64,000 nucleotides of DNA, taken from NCBI GenBank assembly GCA_004431415.1, contig QPMI01000441.1, positions 35,957 to 99,956 on the forward strand. Reading direction: 5' to 3'. The position numbers and the translations under genes were made by a program. The stretch comes from Cyanophora paradoxa CCMP329 (Eukaryota; Plantae; Glaucophyta). Under the pieces are notes generated by a model, which ran no database searches, was not told where the DNA came from, and saw nothing but the letters and a program-made list of their open reading frames with translations. Below, one piece after another: positions 1 to 14,700 of this stretch. The stretch's first letter is position 1; each line of letters begins with the position of its first letter.

Positions 1-3000
1 GGAATACTCATCGCTTAGCCAGACCTCGATGCGAACGTTCATGCCGCTCGGGGCAGTGATGCGCCTGAAGTTGTGCACGAGAGTTCAACGAATGTGAGCG
101 AGAATTACACGATATCGATAACAAATACGTTGCCCACCATTTCCGATCGAGGCTGTTGCTGTAGTCTCCAGGGGGTCCTTCTTCAAACACCGTCACGGTT
201 GTATTTACGCTAATTTCGCATGGGTTCCAGACCACGCAGGCTCCGTTTACCACTGGCGTTGCGCAAGCGAATTTCAATCAGGCTTGGGCACGAGACTCTG
301 CCTTTGCATGTATGGAGCACTCACGTCCAGAGACCAGCGGGGTAGGCGACGGACTCGGGGTTGGAGTGGGCGGCGGCGTGCTTACAACGACTGCGAAAGG
401 CAGGTTTGTGGCGTTCGCACCTGGGCGCCGACCTTCTAGCGTCCATGACCAAAACGTGAGACGCACCCGTACCCGTTTTAGAAAGCTGGAGTCGCACGAA
501 CGCAGCACTGTCTCTACCCCAACTATCAACGACACCGTCGTCGCCTGTAGCGGCAAATCTGCGAGCGCGGTTCACAAGATCAGATCAAATCAGATTGATA
601 TTGATTGGAATGCAGGCGCACATGGTGCAATTGTCCGGATCACTGCCGTACACAGAGAATTGCAGGTTCACTGCAGTCAGCGCCGGGCTGGCCGTGGTTA
701 CGGCCGTTCCCTCTGTGCTTGGATGTTCAAGGCTGCATCTCTAGCTATAAATGGTGTCGTAGGGACGCCGGCAGACGCACCGGAAATGCTGAATATACGT
801 GGTAGCGCTTCTTTGATTCCCAGCATGAGCACGTTGTGGACGAGACACCCGCCCAGAATGGGTCCTTGCGTCTGAGACCCGCCCTTGCTGAATCCGGGTA
901 CCCTTCCGAGGAAGTTGTAAACCCGACTGCCGGCCATGGAAGGCGACAAATCCACGGAGCTGAAAACGAAATTCAAGATCAGCTACAATCTTACAGAACT
1001 CATAACCCATCTCCAAAGTGATCTGCGCGCGTACGCACAAGACTTCGGCGGTGGTTGGGAAGTTATTAGGATTTATCCAGCCAACACGCCCAGCTGAGAT
1101 ATAGAGCTTCGAGCCTGCATCCAAGGGCTCCGTTGACAGATTCCGGGAGACGGGGAACGAAATTAGCACTCAAATAGGCACCCATGCGAGCGCAGGCTGG
1201 AGCTTCCCGTGGGTTCAGTGAGTATGGGTTGGAATTTTGTTGTGCAATCTCTGTTCTCCAAGTGTTGTTTGCGATCGAGTAGCGGATAAGGTCGTTGCGG
1301 TATTCTTTCTCCTGGGTGAAAGGGTACGAGCTGACGCCAGGACACAATTTCGAATTGGTGAACCCTCCAACGACCTATTTGGCGATTTAATTGGAAAGAA
1401 TGCTTTAGCAGGCGGTCGAGGGAGGTCGAGGGGAGACAGAGTGCACCCAGACAGAGTTGTCATACACGGTCAGGCAGTGGCTGTATCGGCCGCAAGGCAG
1501 TGGGGAGGGCATATCGTATCGCGAGTCCAGAGTAATTGGGAACCTCCAGAAATTCGCGTATATATTGTCCCAATTTGTCGCACCGCCCGCACAATAAATA
1601 AAGGATCCTCCATCCCAGTCACACGAGTGGGCTTGAAAGCGAGCATGCATCTTTGCCGTTTGGTATTCCCATACGCTTGAAGCAGAGGCCGTCGGAGATG
1701 CATCTGCACGCGAGATTTAAGAGGCGCATGGAGTCTTTGAGACTGTTCCGTGCGCGTGTACATGTTCGGAGGCGAGCGTTGTAAATGAAATATGCGAGCT
1801 ACATGTACACGCGCACCGACGTCAGCAGTCCAAATATCGTTGAAGCCATTGTTGTAAGCGTCTCTTCCTCCAGAAACCATCAGGTAGCGGCGGTTGTTCC
1901 TCATAAAAAGCGTTCCCGCAGCTGATATTCGAGGACTGAATCCAGTGGCCAAAGACGTAATGGCGATCGGCTCTGCAAAGCGGCTTTAGAGAGCTAGCGT
2001 TAGATATCGCGCTGAAGTAATTATAGCGCAACGCAATCCGGCATTGGTTGGTGGGGGCGTAGGTGATGGGGTCGGCGACGCCGGAGCTGCGTATACGTCG
2101 CCGCGAAGATGTAAGGGCCGGGTGAGCGACGAAATGGATTTCCTACTTTGCGATACTGACCTACAAAGTATGAGTAGTAGTTTGCGGTGAATCCAGGGAA
2201 GGTCGAGCTGGGGTTGCTTTGGAACTCTACAAGGATGTGGTTGGCCGTGGAAGTGAAAGGCGTGAGGGCGCTCGCTGGACTCTTTCCCGAGAGCGTTACG
2301 CCAAGCTGGGTTACATTTTGCCCTTGGGCGTTGGAGGCAAAGACCTACGCGAGCTGCATGTAAATTTGTCGAGATCTGGCTGATGCTCAGAAGCTGCGCA
2401 CTTTAACGGTATCCTGGATAGCCTCAGTGTCGAAGGTAGCGACTGGGAAAGTGATTTGGATGCGATGATTCAGTGGAGCGGCTATGAGCCTGCCAAACAA
2501 ACGGAATCAATATCATGATTAAATTACATCTGAGGCCTTCAATTTTCATCGCCCGCCTGCAGCTGACCTCTAAATTTTCATCGCTCTATCGTCTGCGCAC
2601 GCATTTGCATGCTCACCATCTCAAAGTGATGCTGTTGGAATATTCGGTACCAAGCCAATCGGCAGTGCCAAATACTTTTCTCGAAGCATCACTAGTACCG
2701 GTTGCATTCAACAGGCAGAACGATGAAATCTGCCACGGATCATACGAAGAGCACGGAAGCTCTGCGTGGAGCGGGTCAGATTCGGGCGGCACACGTACGC
2801 GTGTACAGTGCGATGGGCACCGACAGCCTTCACGGTAGCTGTGAACTTAGCGAATGGCCTAGGATCCGGAACAAGACTTGATCGCTTCTCGTAGGTAATA
2901 TATGCATGGCTGCCAGTCGTCCGGTAGACGATGGACGCAGCGTCCGTAAGATCAGCTGCCAAATTCATGTCCAGTTCGTCGGAGTATGCTCTGGAGGCTC

Positions 3001-5416
3001 CTGATCCAAAAAGCATCTGTTCAAACGTCTCGATTTCGCGACTGATCATGATGGATTAATTAAAATTTTTACCTTGAAGTTACCAATTCCCCGGACCCCA
3101 GACGTAGGAGCTATGGGTTGCAACGTCTCGAATTTGATCTCCAAGCCCATTCCTGGGGGTGCATTGAAATACCTAATCATGACATATTTTCAATATCAGT
3201 CAGATCGAGATCGAAAATCTGTTGAATGAAGCACCATCGAATGTCGGTGAAAGCTTGGTGGCTTTCATCAACTCCGAAAGAGAGCGCTGTTATTGTAACA
3301 TTACGCATGCACTCTCTCTCCGATACGCACTCCAAAACTGGACAGACCCTCGTTGGAAGGCGGTGGCACTCCCTACAGAGCGCACGCGCACCGTCAAGAA
3401 GCGGAATTGCCGCGTATTCCGCGATGAATCCGTCGTCGACGATAGCATGATTGCTGGTGAAGCGCACAAGCACAGCGTTTGCAGCCGCCGTCGTTCTCAC
3501 CGTACTTTGAATGATATCCGTGTTTAAAGATCCAGAAAAAATAGAAGGGACTTTGTAGCCTTCAAGATCCGACGACCTCGTTTCAACCGGTAACGTCGAT
3601 AAACGTTGATAAACGTCTGTGAAATTTGACCAAAGGCCATCCAGGGATGTGAAAAACGGTCGGGATGTATTCAATGCGTATATCTGCACACGCACGGACG
3701 TCGACATGTACCGAAACCGAAAACGATTTAACCATACATGTACAACGACAGTGCGCACCTCAACGAAGTCCCTACTCGGTTCAGTCGCCAAGTGGAGGAA
3801 ACGCAGCCTGATGCGCTGGTTAAGAGGAGCCCCGATTAACCTGCCCGTATGGTCGTAATGATCAGAAGAAGAACCAGACACAGAAGGGACAGCGATCCAA
3901 GTCAGACAAGACGCGCACCAGTAGCGTTGCAAATTATTCGCGTAGGAGGTACTGGAAGGCCCCTCTTCAAACGTATCGTCGACGTCCGTTGCGATTAGCC
4001 GGCACGGGTTGAACAAAGCGCATCTCACATCTGCGCGGATATATATGATCATGACACACATATGAAGGCTGCGCCGAGCGCTAGCGCCGCCTGGTAAAAT
4101 CAAATTGAATGCGCACTTTCAGCCCTGAACTGAGCTTTGAACCCGTGCCCTGAGCTGCGATTGTTGGACTGGAAGACCAGATAAGCCCGGCTGCTGCTCG
4201 ACTTCAGAATTCGAACAGGAGGTATGTTCGCGATTGAGATGTCTGGATGGTCTTCAGACGAAAAGATCATCACGCCGCTCTCGGCATCCCCATCGTAAAC
4301 CTGATAGCTCCAGATTTTGGTCCGATAATTTAAAAATTCGAATTCAGCATCGCAGGTTTGGACTCACGTGCAGTTTGTCTCCGGGCTGCATACTCCAGAA
4401 AATAAACTCAATGATGATGCCCTTCGGAAGAGCAGCCGTACTGTCTTCGGCGGTGATTGACCTGATTATGAGCGAGAGGGAGCGCGATGGGAGGCGTACG
4501 AGTCAGCTACGCAGCATGCGGGTTTGACATCTAGATCCTGTTGCGCACGCGAGCTTGTAATGCGCATGCTCACCATTGTCTTGTCACGTTTGTCGGGTAC
4601 AGCATCCCAGTCGGGCCCTCCTCGAGCTCCTGGACTTCACTCGTAGCCGATAGCGGACATGGCGGGTTGTAGAAGTTGCACCGAGATTCTGCGCATGCGA
4701 AAGAGAATGAGATTTGTGGGGACTTGAAACTCGGGATCGCAACACGAAGCGTGGGAAATCTCACCAACAGCCTTGAATACGGCTGCAAATCCGTCTGGTC
4801 TGCCATAGGCAGGCAGCACCGTCCGGTTTTCATAGACCAAAAAGGCATCCTTGCTCGTTCTATACCGCCCGCTTGGCAGATCCGGATTGAAAGGAGGCGG
4901 GAAGTCTCGACGACTCCAATCGGAAAATTGAAGGCTGGCTATCAAGGGTGCGGCGCTCGTGGTGCCGTCGTACAACTACGTTGCAAAATGCAAATCAGGT
5001 TTAATTATAAGCCAAACCTTGCATACGCATTCACAGCAGAAAGAAGGCCCACACGTACATGTACAGTATCGTTTGGTAGACCAATGTCAAAACGAGAGAA
5101 ACTTATTTCAATTCCATAGCCGCTATCCGCTCTTATTAACCTGGGAACATTAAGGTCATGGTCGGTATCAGGCGCGTTCGCTTCCCAAAAAACTGTTTTG
5201 TTTAATCCTTTAAAGTTTGTTGGAATCACCGTGCACGCACCAGCTGCGAGTGACAGAGGATGCCGAGCCTCCTTCCAGAGTGGCAAGGGTTGCAGTTGCT
5301 TGCAGGCTGCATTGCAATTGGAAAGCGCACTGTGAGCTTGATGTGTTTCGATCAGATGGATCTGCACAAAAAGTGTGCATTGTCAAGCAGAGGAGCCACA
5401 TATACAACACCACCAT
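1..5416 (-). CDS. Secreted/cell-surface multi-CUB + Kelch-repeat protein (attractin/MEGF8-like domain mix), multi-exon; 3' end lies outside the window
   Basis: Signal peptide MVVLYMWLLCLTMHTFCA (ATG 5416). Splicing gives at least 6 CUB-like units, e.g. TRSW|LIRADSGYGIEISFSRFDIGLPNDTVH|LYDG, YANNLQRYW|LIGAPLNQRIRLRFLHLATEPSRDFVE|IY..VLVRFTSNHAIVDDGFIAEY and ILVEFQSNPSSTFPGFTANY. Kelch motifs at ~900-1960 (LMVSGGRD..FNDIW, IYCAGGA, GRYSHCLTVYDNSVWV, LYISAG, VYNFLG). PT-rich linkers at ~340-380 and ~2050-2090. Confidence 0.85.
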
Positions 5417-5773
5417 AACCCGCAATCACTGTGCAAACCCGCGGCTCGGAAACGCGCAACGAAGCCCATCCACGATAATTCACCAGAGCCAACAGATGTT
5501 ATCTCAAACTGGCCGTCAGCTGCCATCTTTATATGGGCCCGGGGCCCAAGCGTTATTACGGATCGTGGCGTTAATGGGATGCCAGTGTCGTTGTTGGCCG
5601 ATAGCTGCAGCCTCGCCAGAGGCTCTGAACTTTGCTCGAATCCACCGCGGATCTATTAGCAAGGTCAGGACGGAATGTCGATGGCACTTGGCAAAACGCG
5701 CACCTCGACATAGAATTGACGGGGGAGATCGAAGCTCGATATTTCAATGTGAACGCTCTTTCCGGCAGGGGCC

Positions 5774-8700
5774 TCAAAGAACCTGGGCGCCAAATTGGAT
5801 CGGATTGCTGACAATGATGGACCCGGTCAATAGATGTTCGCCGTACCAGAACGTGGGTTGGAAATCTTCCAAAATTGCGTCTTGCAGCGACAGGCCATCC
5901 TCCACCCACCGCCAATTTGGCCGGGCAGAACAGGGCGGGTCGCGCGGGCATTCCGCTTCGAGAGGATAATCCATGAGCATCTTGCGTCCAGTGGGATGCG
6001 TGACCACTCGGTAACGCGCGTTAATCGTGACACCGGACATATCGCTGACGCTGTGCTGATGCCATTTGGTGCGGGAGACCGTCGCAGCGTCCACCACGAG
6101 GAAGTTGATAAACCTCGGCGACCGCCAAGCCGAAAAGTGGGTTTTAAAAGCGATGGGGAGCTTAGCCGCAGCATCTGCTGCACTCTCTATGACGACGCGA
6201 TCTCTGTGCTCGCCTCCGTCTCGCAGAGCTGGCAGGCCAGTTCCGTAAATCCCTTCAAACTGTACGCGTGCAACAATAAGAGGTCGGACCCAGTGGACGC
6301 TGGATCGTCTAACTGGAAACGAATCTCGTAGCGCACAGTTATAGTCAAAGGGTAGTTCACAGAGCCCGAGAACAATATGCCAATTATCTCGAACTCGACT
6401 CTCGAGGCGTTCCACCCGTTCTCGATTTTGCTATATATATGGCGAAGGAAATCTTAACGAGTCAGTACCAGAGCGAGCGCAACATTGGAGCACAAAGTAA
6501 ATGCGTCCGCACATTCTGGAGAGCTGTGAGTTCTCTCCCATCGTTATGTTCGTCCACTCCGTCGAACTCGGCAGCCAGCAAGTGTGAATTCGATCGACTT
6601 TGTGATGCGCAAGCTCGCAGTAGCGCCTCCGGATGGGACACGTCGGAAATTGAGCTGGAACCCTGTTGTCGAACGACGAGACGTTTAGCTCTCCGAAATA
6701 CCCGGGGAGCACATTGGTCCCCAAGAAGTCGCCGCTGTCGGCCGCGGGCTTTGCCAGTTCGTCCGCTGCGTCAGATTGCTGGGCCACGCCGTTTGACGAA
6801 ACGCGCCAGAAGAAATCACTGTAGAATCCAAACTCCAAGGCCGGCGTGGAAGGGCCAAGAGACATGAAGGACGGAGAGTCAGCCGCGAGCACAGTCGAGG
6901 CTGCGGGCGACTGCCGAGAGCCAGCTGCAACGAAAGCTCGGCACTCGTAGGCTGTGAATGGGCTCAGGTTCACAAGACTAAATCTTGCCAGTGCAAGTTT
7001 TGGAAGTACTCCCTCGAATCGTTTCCCGCAAATTTGTAGCGCCTTCCGGGTCGGGCTGGTGCTGTCGCGCAGGAAGGGCTCCCCCGAAAAGCCAATATAA
7101 TCAGTCATGTTGACGGCCAGCACGGAGCTGCCTTGCGGGTTGCACTCGATCACTGCTGTTTCCGGAGCTGCGTCCCAGATGCGGGTGCTGTAAACGAAGG
7201 CTGTGGCGGTGGTGGCCGACGTGCGAACGAGCTGAAGAAGAGGCGCGGCAGGGTCCCATTCCACGGCGTCGACACCTGAGACCGGGCGCGTTGCAAAGTT
7301 CGCCGCGCTCGCCGAGGTGTACTTTTCACACAGCGTCTGCACATTAGACGAGGCGTTGTTGTTTCCGTAAGTGCTTTCGAGCTCGCTGTTGCTGAACGTC
7401 CGACTGACGCGCGAACACGCCTCAGCAAGCAACGAGTCACGTGTAAGGTCGATCACGCGGATGGCGAAGTCTCCGTTTGGCTGCCTGTAGCGGATCGCCA
7501 TGTAGTCGCTGAAGAAACGCGAGTTATTAAAATAAAATGGAAAATAAGCGAGAATATTCTCACCCATTGTCGCTAGGAATCGGCACTGCTGGCAAGATAT
7601 TGGTGCCGGACTCGTCGACGAAAGTCTCATCGACAGGGACCGTGCGAACGTTCTCGCTGGACTGAACTTGCGCGCCCTTTTCCAGATCGTACATGTTGAG
7701 CTCCGTTTGCGATTGCCACACAGCGATAAACCGTCCTGCCAATCGCGCGGTTTAGTGCAATTGCAACTGATCAGCGCGCGCGAGCTCGAGGCGCAAGAAA
7801 ATGGCAAGGACGGATGGCGCTCGCACCGTTTTTGGAGGTTCTGGGAGCGTACAATCCGAACTTGAGCTTTAAACCCTTTGAATCCAAAGATGTTGTTTCA
7901 TCTGCAGCTGGTGTACTAGTGCTGCCAACGCTAGAGCTAACAACTCTGGCGGCATCCCATACGGCATCCTTTGAACTGTATCCGATGGCCGAGACGGAAT
8001 CCACAATCCACAGTGTCGAGCCGTTCGAGGACAAATAAACAGAGCAGTCCGCTGTGAGGTTAACGTTGCAGTCAGCTAGGGCTAGCTATATAGCTCTACA
8101 TATTCTTTTGGAGAACGGATGAAGATCAATGACAGACGAGCTCACCGTATGTAGATCTGAGAAGAATTATTACGATCGAATGTACGTAGAATTCGAATGA
8201 GCAATCGCATAATGTATTAAAGCAAACTCACCCCCCGCGAGCATTTTTGATGACACGATGCTTTGAGTCAACGTAATCGAAAAACCTGCGCACGATTCGA
8301 TATGAACGGCACAGTTTGAACAGCTTGAAAACAGCTTGAACGAACTTATTTCCTTCGATGGTCGACTGCCTGCTTGTTGTTGGGTTGTCAAGAACGTTGT
8401 CGGGCGATGGAATGCCTGCGAGAATAAAATAATCAGCGGCTTTTATAATTATGAGAGCAAACATTACGGCGGCGCGCCTGGCCGACAACCGTAATTTTAA
8501 AAGCGTTTCATTGCAATTGCGTGTGTGCGCGTCACTCACAGATCCACGACGAGAAGACTTTGGCTTTCCCAATAGAAGATGCGTCGGCAGGAGCGCATAG
8601 ATTTGGCGAGATTGGCCCAGTGCGGCTCAGGGACCTTCAGGGCACCTCGGATGCTCCACATATTTTGCTAGACGCGCGGACCCATGAGTAGCGCTTAGAA

Positions 8701-11700
8701 CAGACAAAACTGCACGTGCTCAGCGACGAACCATGCCCGAAGCAAGGGCCGAACGCTGGGCTGAGAGAAGCACAACCGTCTCGATGTCCTCTGCGTATCC
8801 CCCTTGCACGGAGCTGCAAGAGCGATGCAGGCAAATATAAGCTTCGATTGGCTGGTTGGATCACTTGACCAGCTGCAGGAATTCGGCACCTGATCGTGAA
8901 AGAATTCTGACTGTCCGAGCCTTCCGACGCGAAGAGGTCGTAGTCGAAGTCGTTCCAGTCAAACTTTCTGTCAGACACAACGCCATATGAGCTGAAGCAG
9001 AAGAAGCAGAGGGACGCGTCTCTGTTAAATCCGGCGGCGTGTTGAATGTCTGGGGCGAAAGCCCAATCAAGAACTCGCGATCGAAAGCACAACAATAAAT
9101 AAAAATGAACACCGTATGCATGAAAGTAAGCTTCCTTCTCGGAGCCGGTGGCAGAATTCTTTAGAACCTGCTGTAAATCAAAGACATTCCGTTTGTACGC
9201 TGTGCAGTCCTCCAATTCTCGACTTTCTCGATCTGGTATGTCTTTGACCGAAGTAGAAGTCCGAATGAAACAAGTTTCTTTCATCCTGAAAAAGTTGTCG
9301 CTAATGCTGGGCTTGAAAAGCTCCTTCCGCACTGCGTCCATATTTTCAAAGATCGACCAGGACTTATCACTGCTTGAGACTGGTAGCCCCTGAGGACACA
9401 TAGATTAATGCAGGAAGCGCGCCGAGCTGTCAAGCGCGCACATTTTCGTCGAGGGTGTAGACAATGCCAGCCAATGCCGCGTATCCCTGGGGGGCCGATG
9501 GTCCAAGGTTATCGTGCACGAAAGCGATTGGCTGCGCACGTAGCGTTCGCGATCGATTCGGCAATGGGATTGGGAGGAGAAATGTAGGGAGGGCGAGGTA
9601 AACCTGATAGTGCTCCGAAGGATGTGGGAAGAAGTTTGCCTCGGGTGGCCGAATAGGTAGGTTATTGGGCACGACGTGGCAGCTTGCAAGCAGACCGTTG
9701 CAATTTCTGTTGTTCTGGGTGAGAAAAGGCTGTCTGTTCGCGTCGGCAGTTGTGCAATTCGGACAGATTCCGGTAGTTGCAAACGGATAGAAGTTCAGGT
9801 TTGTGCGGACAGTTAGCGTGTATTCGCTGCCGTACTTCGACTGAATGAGAGGAACGCGAGTAGCAGTCGACACCTGATACGTGAACTCGGTATCCCACGG
9901 CAGCGTTTCCGGCCCCCTACGCCAGGTCCTGCAATCGACCGCGAAGTCAAAGCGCAGCGTAATTTAAAAAAGATATGAATGGCGCTTGCCATGTATTTCT
10001 CGTTTGTAGAAGAGCCGGATGCTCGCATTTGTCGTTCCCAGAGTTGCTGTTCGTCAGCAGGCTCCCTCCGGTGGCGGACAGAGCCAAGAGCCCGCCGCTC
10101 AGCGGGTGCTCGCCGAGCCCTGGGAATGAAGAAGCCCCGGCATCAGCGACCTGTCTCGAGACGTACGACGGAGCCGCTGGTTTCAAAACTGACGCACAGC
10201 GGAAGCCCAGGCTGGGGTTGTTGCAGTCGGGGCACAGGTCAGAGGCAAACTCCGTCGCCGGGCGACCTCCCGGCTGCCTGCCGAGCGTGTGCTGCATAGA
10301 GACCAGCTGTGATCCAGAAATAATTTGCGTGGGTTGCATGAGGTTACGCAGATCTTGCTTGTCAACGTCCCAAACGGCGGTCTTTGCTTGTCCGACAAGA
10401 ATAAAGTGGCACGACAAATTTTTTGTCAGGAAAATGCCACTGTTCGGTCCAAGCAAATCACCCTTTGACGCATCGGCATTCAAGTACTCCAGCGTTTCAT
10501 CGTTGAGCGTGGTGAGCGTGCTGCCAAGATCGCCGTCGTACAAAGTCATGCCCTGTCCGAGTTCGATTGCAATTGGATCTGGAGTCAGCTGCAGCGATCG
10601 GGAATGCACATCAAGCTCTAAGTGCTCAAACATGTACTCACTTTTAGTAGGACGCGTGCGGAGCCGTATTCCCTCGCGTTTGCTGCTGCTAGCTTCATGC
10701 GGGCAAAATTGCCGCTTTTGTCTGCAAACAAAATCTGACGGTCGTCCTTTTGAAGAACAACCGTCCGGATTGCACTGGTAAGTGCTTTGACCTGGATCTA
10801 CGCAAAATAAAAAACCATGAACGGCGACGTCGATCAAATACCGCGGTGAGGACCATCCATCGAGGAAAATGGTGAGGACATGTATGCACGCGCACCGCTT
10901 GCGTATCAAGAGGAATGTCCGCCAGGTTACGGATCTCATTGATTGCGGCATCCCCCTGATCGTTGCCAACCACTACAAGGCTTCCAGAACGCTCCCCGAG
11001 CAAAGCAATCTGAGAGCAACACTCGTTGCATCGCGCCAACCCCTGTTCTATCGGTAATGGACGGAGAACGAGCAGCGGCGCACCACACGGCGGCGACGGA
11101 GGAGGTCGAGTGGTGAGCCCGTGTAGGCGCTTCCGCATCCTGCGCGCAAGCTCATCAGAGAGCTCAAGAGAGCGTACACCACGAAGGGCTCAGCTTACCA
11201 AGCTCAGTGACAGGCCAGTATTCAAAGGGGTCCTCTGCACGAAGTGGGACGAACACAAGCTGCTGCCGCACGCAGGAGGCCGAATTCGATGGGCTGTTAC
11301 GGAGAACGAGGGCGCCCAGCCCCGTCATGAACCGGTTGTTTTCCTGCGCGTAGCATCTATCAGATGGCTATTTTTAGAGCAGAACGTGCACATTCAATTA
11401 ACGTCAGCCCTCCAAAAAATGTAGTGGAGAACGTTGCAATCAACGTCGGCCCTTAAAATAACCGATACGCACAGTGCCTTCCGTCTGCTTGTAGAACGTA
11501 ATGTCCACTAAGGCAAGGTCGGGGTCGCGAGCATTTTGAGGTGCGCTGTCGGAATCCGTGAACAGCGGATTTTTAAACTTCGAGAACTGCTTGGGTAAAG
11601 GCCGGCCACTCTGTCGCTCCCACACTGTAAGAGTCGCCAGGTTACCGTCTGTTCCGCCCGCATCTCCGATTGTGATTATGCGCATCCCCTCGTTGACAGT

Positions 11701-14700
11701 CGAGCCGTCTGAGGCGTTGCGTTGCACAATCGCGTTCGTGTACGTCCCTGGAAGAATCGCAGCAGGTAAATGCACTTTGAAGAGTAGATTCCACGCGTAT
11801 GGTGCGCTCGCCCTGCCGCCGATGTATTCCACCTCGCGTCCATCCTGCCGCAGAATGCCGACGAGCATTGAGCAGTCTTGCGCTGCGAGCAGATCCTGCG
11901 TCCCGAAGGCGAGGAACTGCGGCCCGCGGGGGTCGTAGAAGACCTCGAGCGCTGTGGTGTTTGCGAAGAAGGTTGTAATCAAGTCGATCTTCGCTTGCAT
12001 GGTAACGCTGCGGGAAGCAAACTCTTCGATGGGGGCGAGCCAGAAGGCGCCTTCGCCGCCTGCGACAAGATACTCTTTGCCCGAACTCTTGCACGTCTTG
12101 GGAGAGAACGCAAAGCCCGCAGGGTACGGGTAATCCGCGCTCAGGCGGGAAATCGCGAACAGATCGGGGCCGAGATCGAAAGTTTCGTAGTTTGTTGGGT
12201 AGAACTCGCACAGGTCGGGACTGCTAGGAAGGTATCCTGCGCGCGGTAGCATGAGCTTAAGCTTGAAGCATGCATAAATACGCATGTGATTTTGACATCC
12301 TCGAAACATACCGGGGTAAGGCGTGGAAGGATCTACGCTGCTGAGGGTGAGGGGCCCGATAAACATGCGGATCGCCACGCGAGGCAGAGCGCTGCGCGAG
12401 GCCCAGTCGGAGCAGTCGTAGCAACCAAAAATTTCGGCGATTTTAAGTCGCTGCTGCTCCGTGTACTGATCCGCATCTTCCCAGCCTGCAACAGAAGAGC
12501 AGAAGCTCAAGATGAGCTACAGGAAACGAGTTTCTAGGGAGCGCACCCTTCCATCCGGCGGTCGACTCGCCGACGAGTGCGGCGGTGAACCCTCTGCCGA
12601 CGAAGACGTCGTGGACGTCGAGGAGGTAGTTTGAAGGGCTGCTTTGTTTTTCAAGGCAGCCACGCTTCCGAGACGCCGCTTGCTCCTTTGTGTACAAAAC
12701 CAGAATGCCCGTCGTCGAAGGCAGGCATCCAATGGGAGCCCCGTAGTCGTACTCAACGCCTCGGTACTGGTGGTTCGGATTAGGTGTAGGCGTGGGCGAT
12801 GGTGACGGCGGAGTCGTTGGTGCCGCTGTAACTGGCTCGGGCCCGGCTTCGGTCTCGCAGAGGAGGGGCTCGTGCCCAAGCCGCCTAACATGCGCAGCGT
12901 CGTCAGCAGCCTAGCATGTGCACATGCTGCCTGACTGGCGCACCGGACATGAACTATGAGGTCGCCGAAGTCGTCGACGAACACGCGAGTCGCGCCGAGG
13001 TAGAAAGCCCAGAAGCTCGTCTTGTTGACGCCAGACAAAAGAGTGTCCTTGATCGAGTACTCGATTTGCTGGTCTCCGTTCATGATGTGCGCAAGGAGCT
13101 TGGCCTGCGCAAGGAGAGGGGAATGCGCCGGGTGATTTTCAGCGATCGAAACGTTTTAGGGGCTAGCGATATCGATTGTGCACCTGGTAAACTTCGGTTA
13201 GAGGGCTGTCGCCCTCTGTCGGAGCGACAATACCGATAGCTGCCATCACAGTGAAGTTGCCGTTCGGAGACGATGCGACAAATGTCTGCAGAGATATGCA
13301 TATGCGAGGCGTTAGCAGGTGCTGGTTTGGCTGATCCTGACTCATGGCTTAGAGCTGTTGAATAGGAATCTTAGCTTGCCTTCTATCATATGGGGGCTGC
13401 GCATGCTTCATGCTCGAATGGGCATGCAGGTGCGACCGCGGACCTGAAAGTCGGAGAAGGTTTCTTGCTCAGCAAAGTCGGATATCGATTGCGATGGCGG
13501 CGTGGCTTCGGAGGAGGCGAGTGCTCGGCCTCGAGCTCGGCGGCGACGCGCAGAAATGGAGGATCCGGTAGCGAGGAACTCGCTGTTCGAAGCCTCGAGG
13601 ACCTTTCGCAGCGTGCGCTCGGCGTCGGCGAGGACTGCTGGTGAACCGAAGGCGCCGTTCATCGCCTCGATCGCGTAGAGCATGGCCTGCTCCGGGCTCG
13701 AACTGATCGCGGAGAGCGACGCCGCAATGCTGCGCACACAATTGCAAGCCGGTGCACAATCGCGTTAACGCGCTGTTCCTTTACATTTAATTTGGCGCAC
13801 AGCGCTTGAAAAAGCGCAAGCACACCTTGTTCGAACCAGCGCGACGGCTAGGGCGGCTTCAGTTGCCGCCTTCGCCTGAACAGCTGCATCCTTGGATTTC
13901 AAGGCATCTTCTTTTGCGGCAAGCGCTTCCTCTGCAGATGCCAGTGCTAACGCTTGGGCCGACAGTGCTTGTCCTTGCGCCACCAAAGCTTCGTCTCTGC
14001 TCTGAGTAGCATTGATTCTTGCAGCTTCCGCTAGGAGCTTTTGCGCCTCAGCAGCCTGCGCATGATCGAATAAATTAAAAAGGCAGCGCCGCTTACTTTT
14101 AGATGCTATCCGGACATTACGCACGTTTTTCTGCATTTCTGCCTCGCGCTGTGCCGAAGTTGCAGCGTCAGAAGCGTTTCTGGCCTTGTCGCGCTCTATT
14201 TCCGCTTGAATTGCCGCGTTTTGAGCGAGCTTCTCTTGAGCTTTAGCATTTGCCTCTTGCGCTCTAGCATTCTGTGTGCACGTGGATCCTGGTCAGCAAA
14301 CGGGCCGGTCCACCTGGGTATAACATTAAAGCAGTAAGCAAGCTTGAAACAGACCTGTTCTTGCTTCAAAGCCTCGGCTTCTGATACCAATGCTTTGTCT
14401 CTCTGCACGAGTGCGTCTGCTTTTGCTGCGGCAGCGAGCGCCTCCTGCTGCCTCGCCTCTGTAGCAGACTTCTCCGCTGCAGCCTCAGCCTGTTTGGCTT
14501 GCTGCGGCCACGGCCATCGGCGGGCAATTGCAAAAGCAGCGCGGCCGGGGGTCATCATCGCGTACCGCTTCGGCTTCTCGTGCGTTGGTCGCCTCCTGTT
14601 CGGCACGCCGGCTTGATTCCTCTGCCTGAGCCTGTCGCTGGAGAGAGATAACTGCGGTTTCGCACTCGTTATTTCAGAGGCATCACACGCTGGCCATAGA

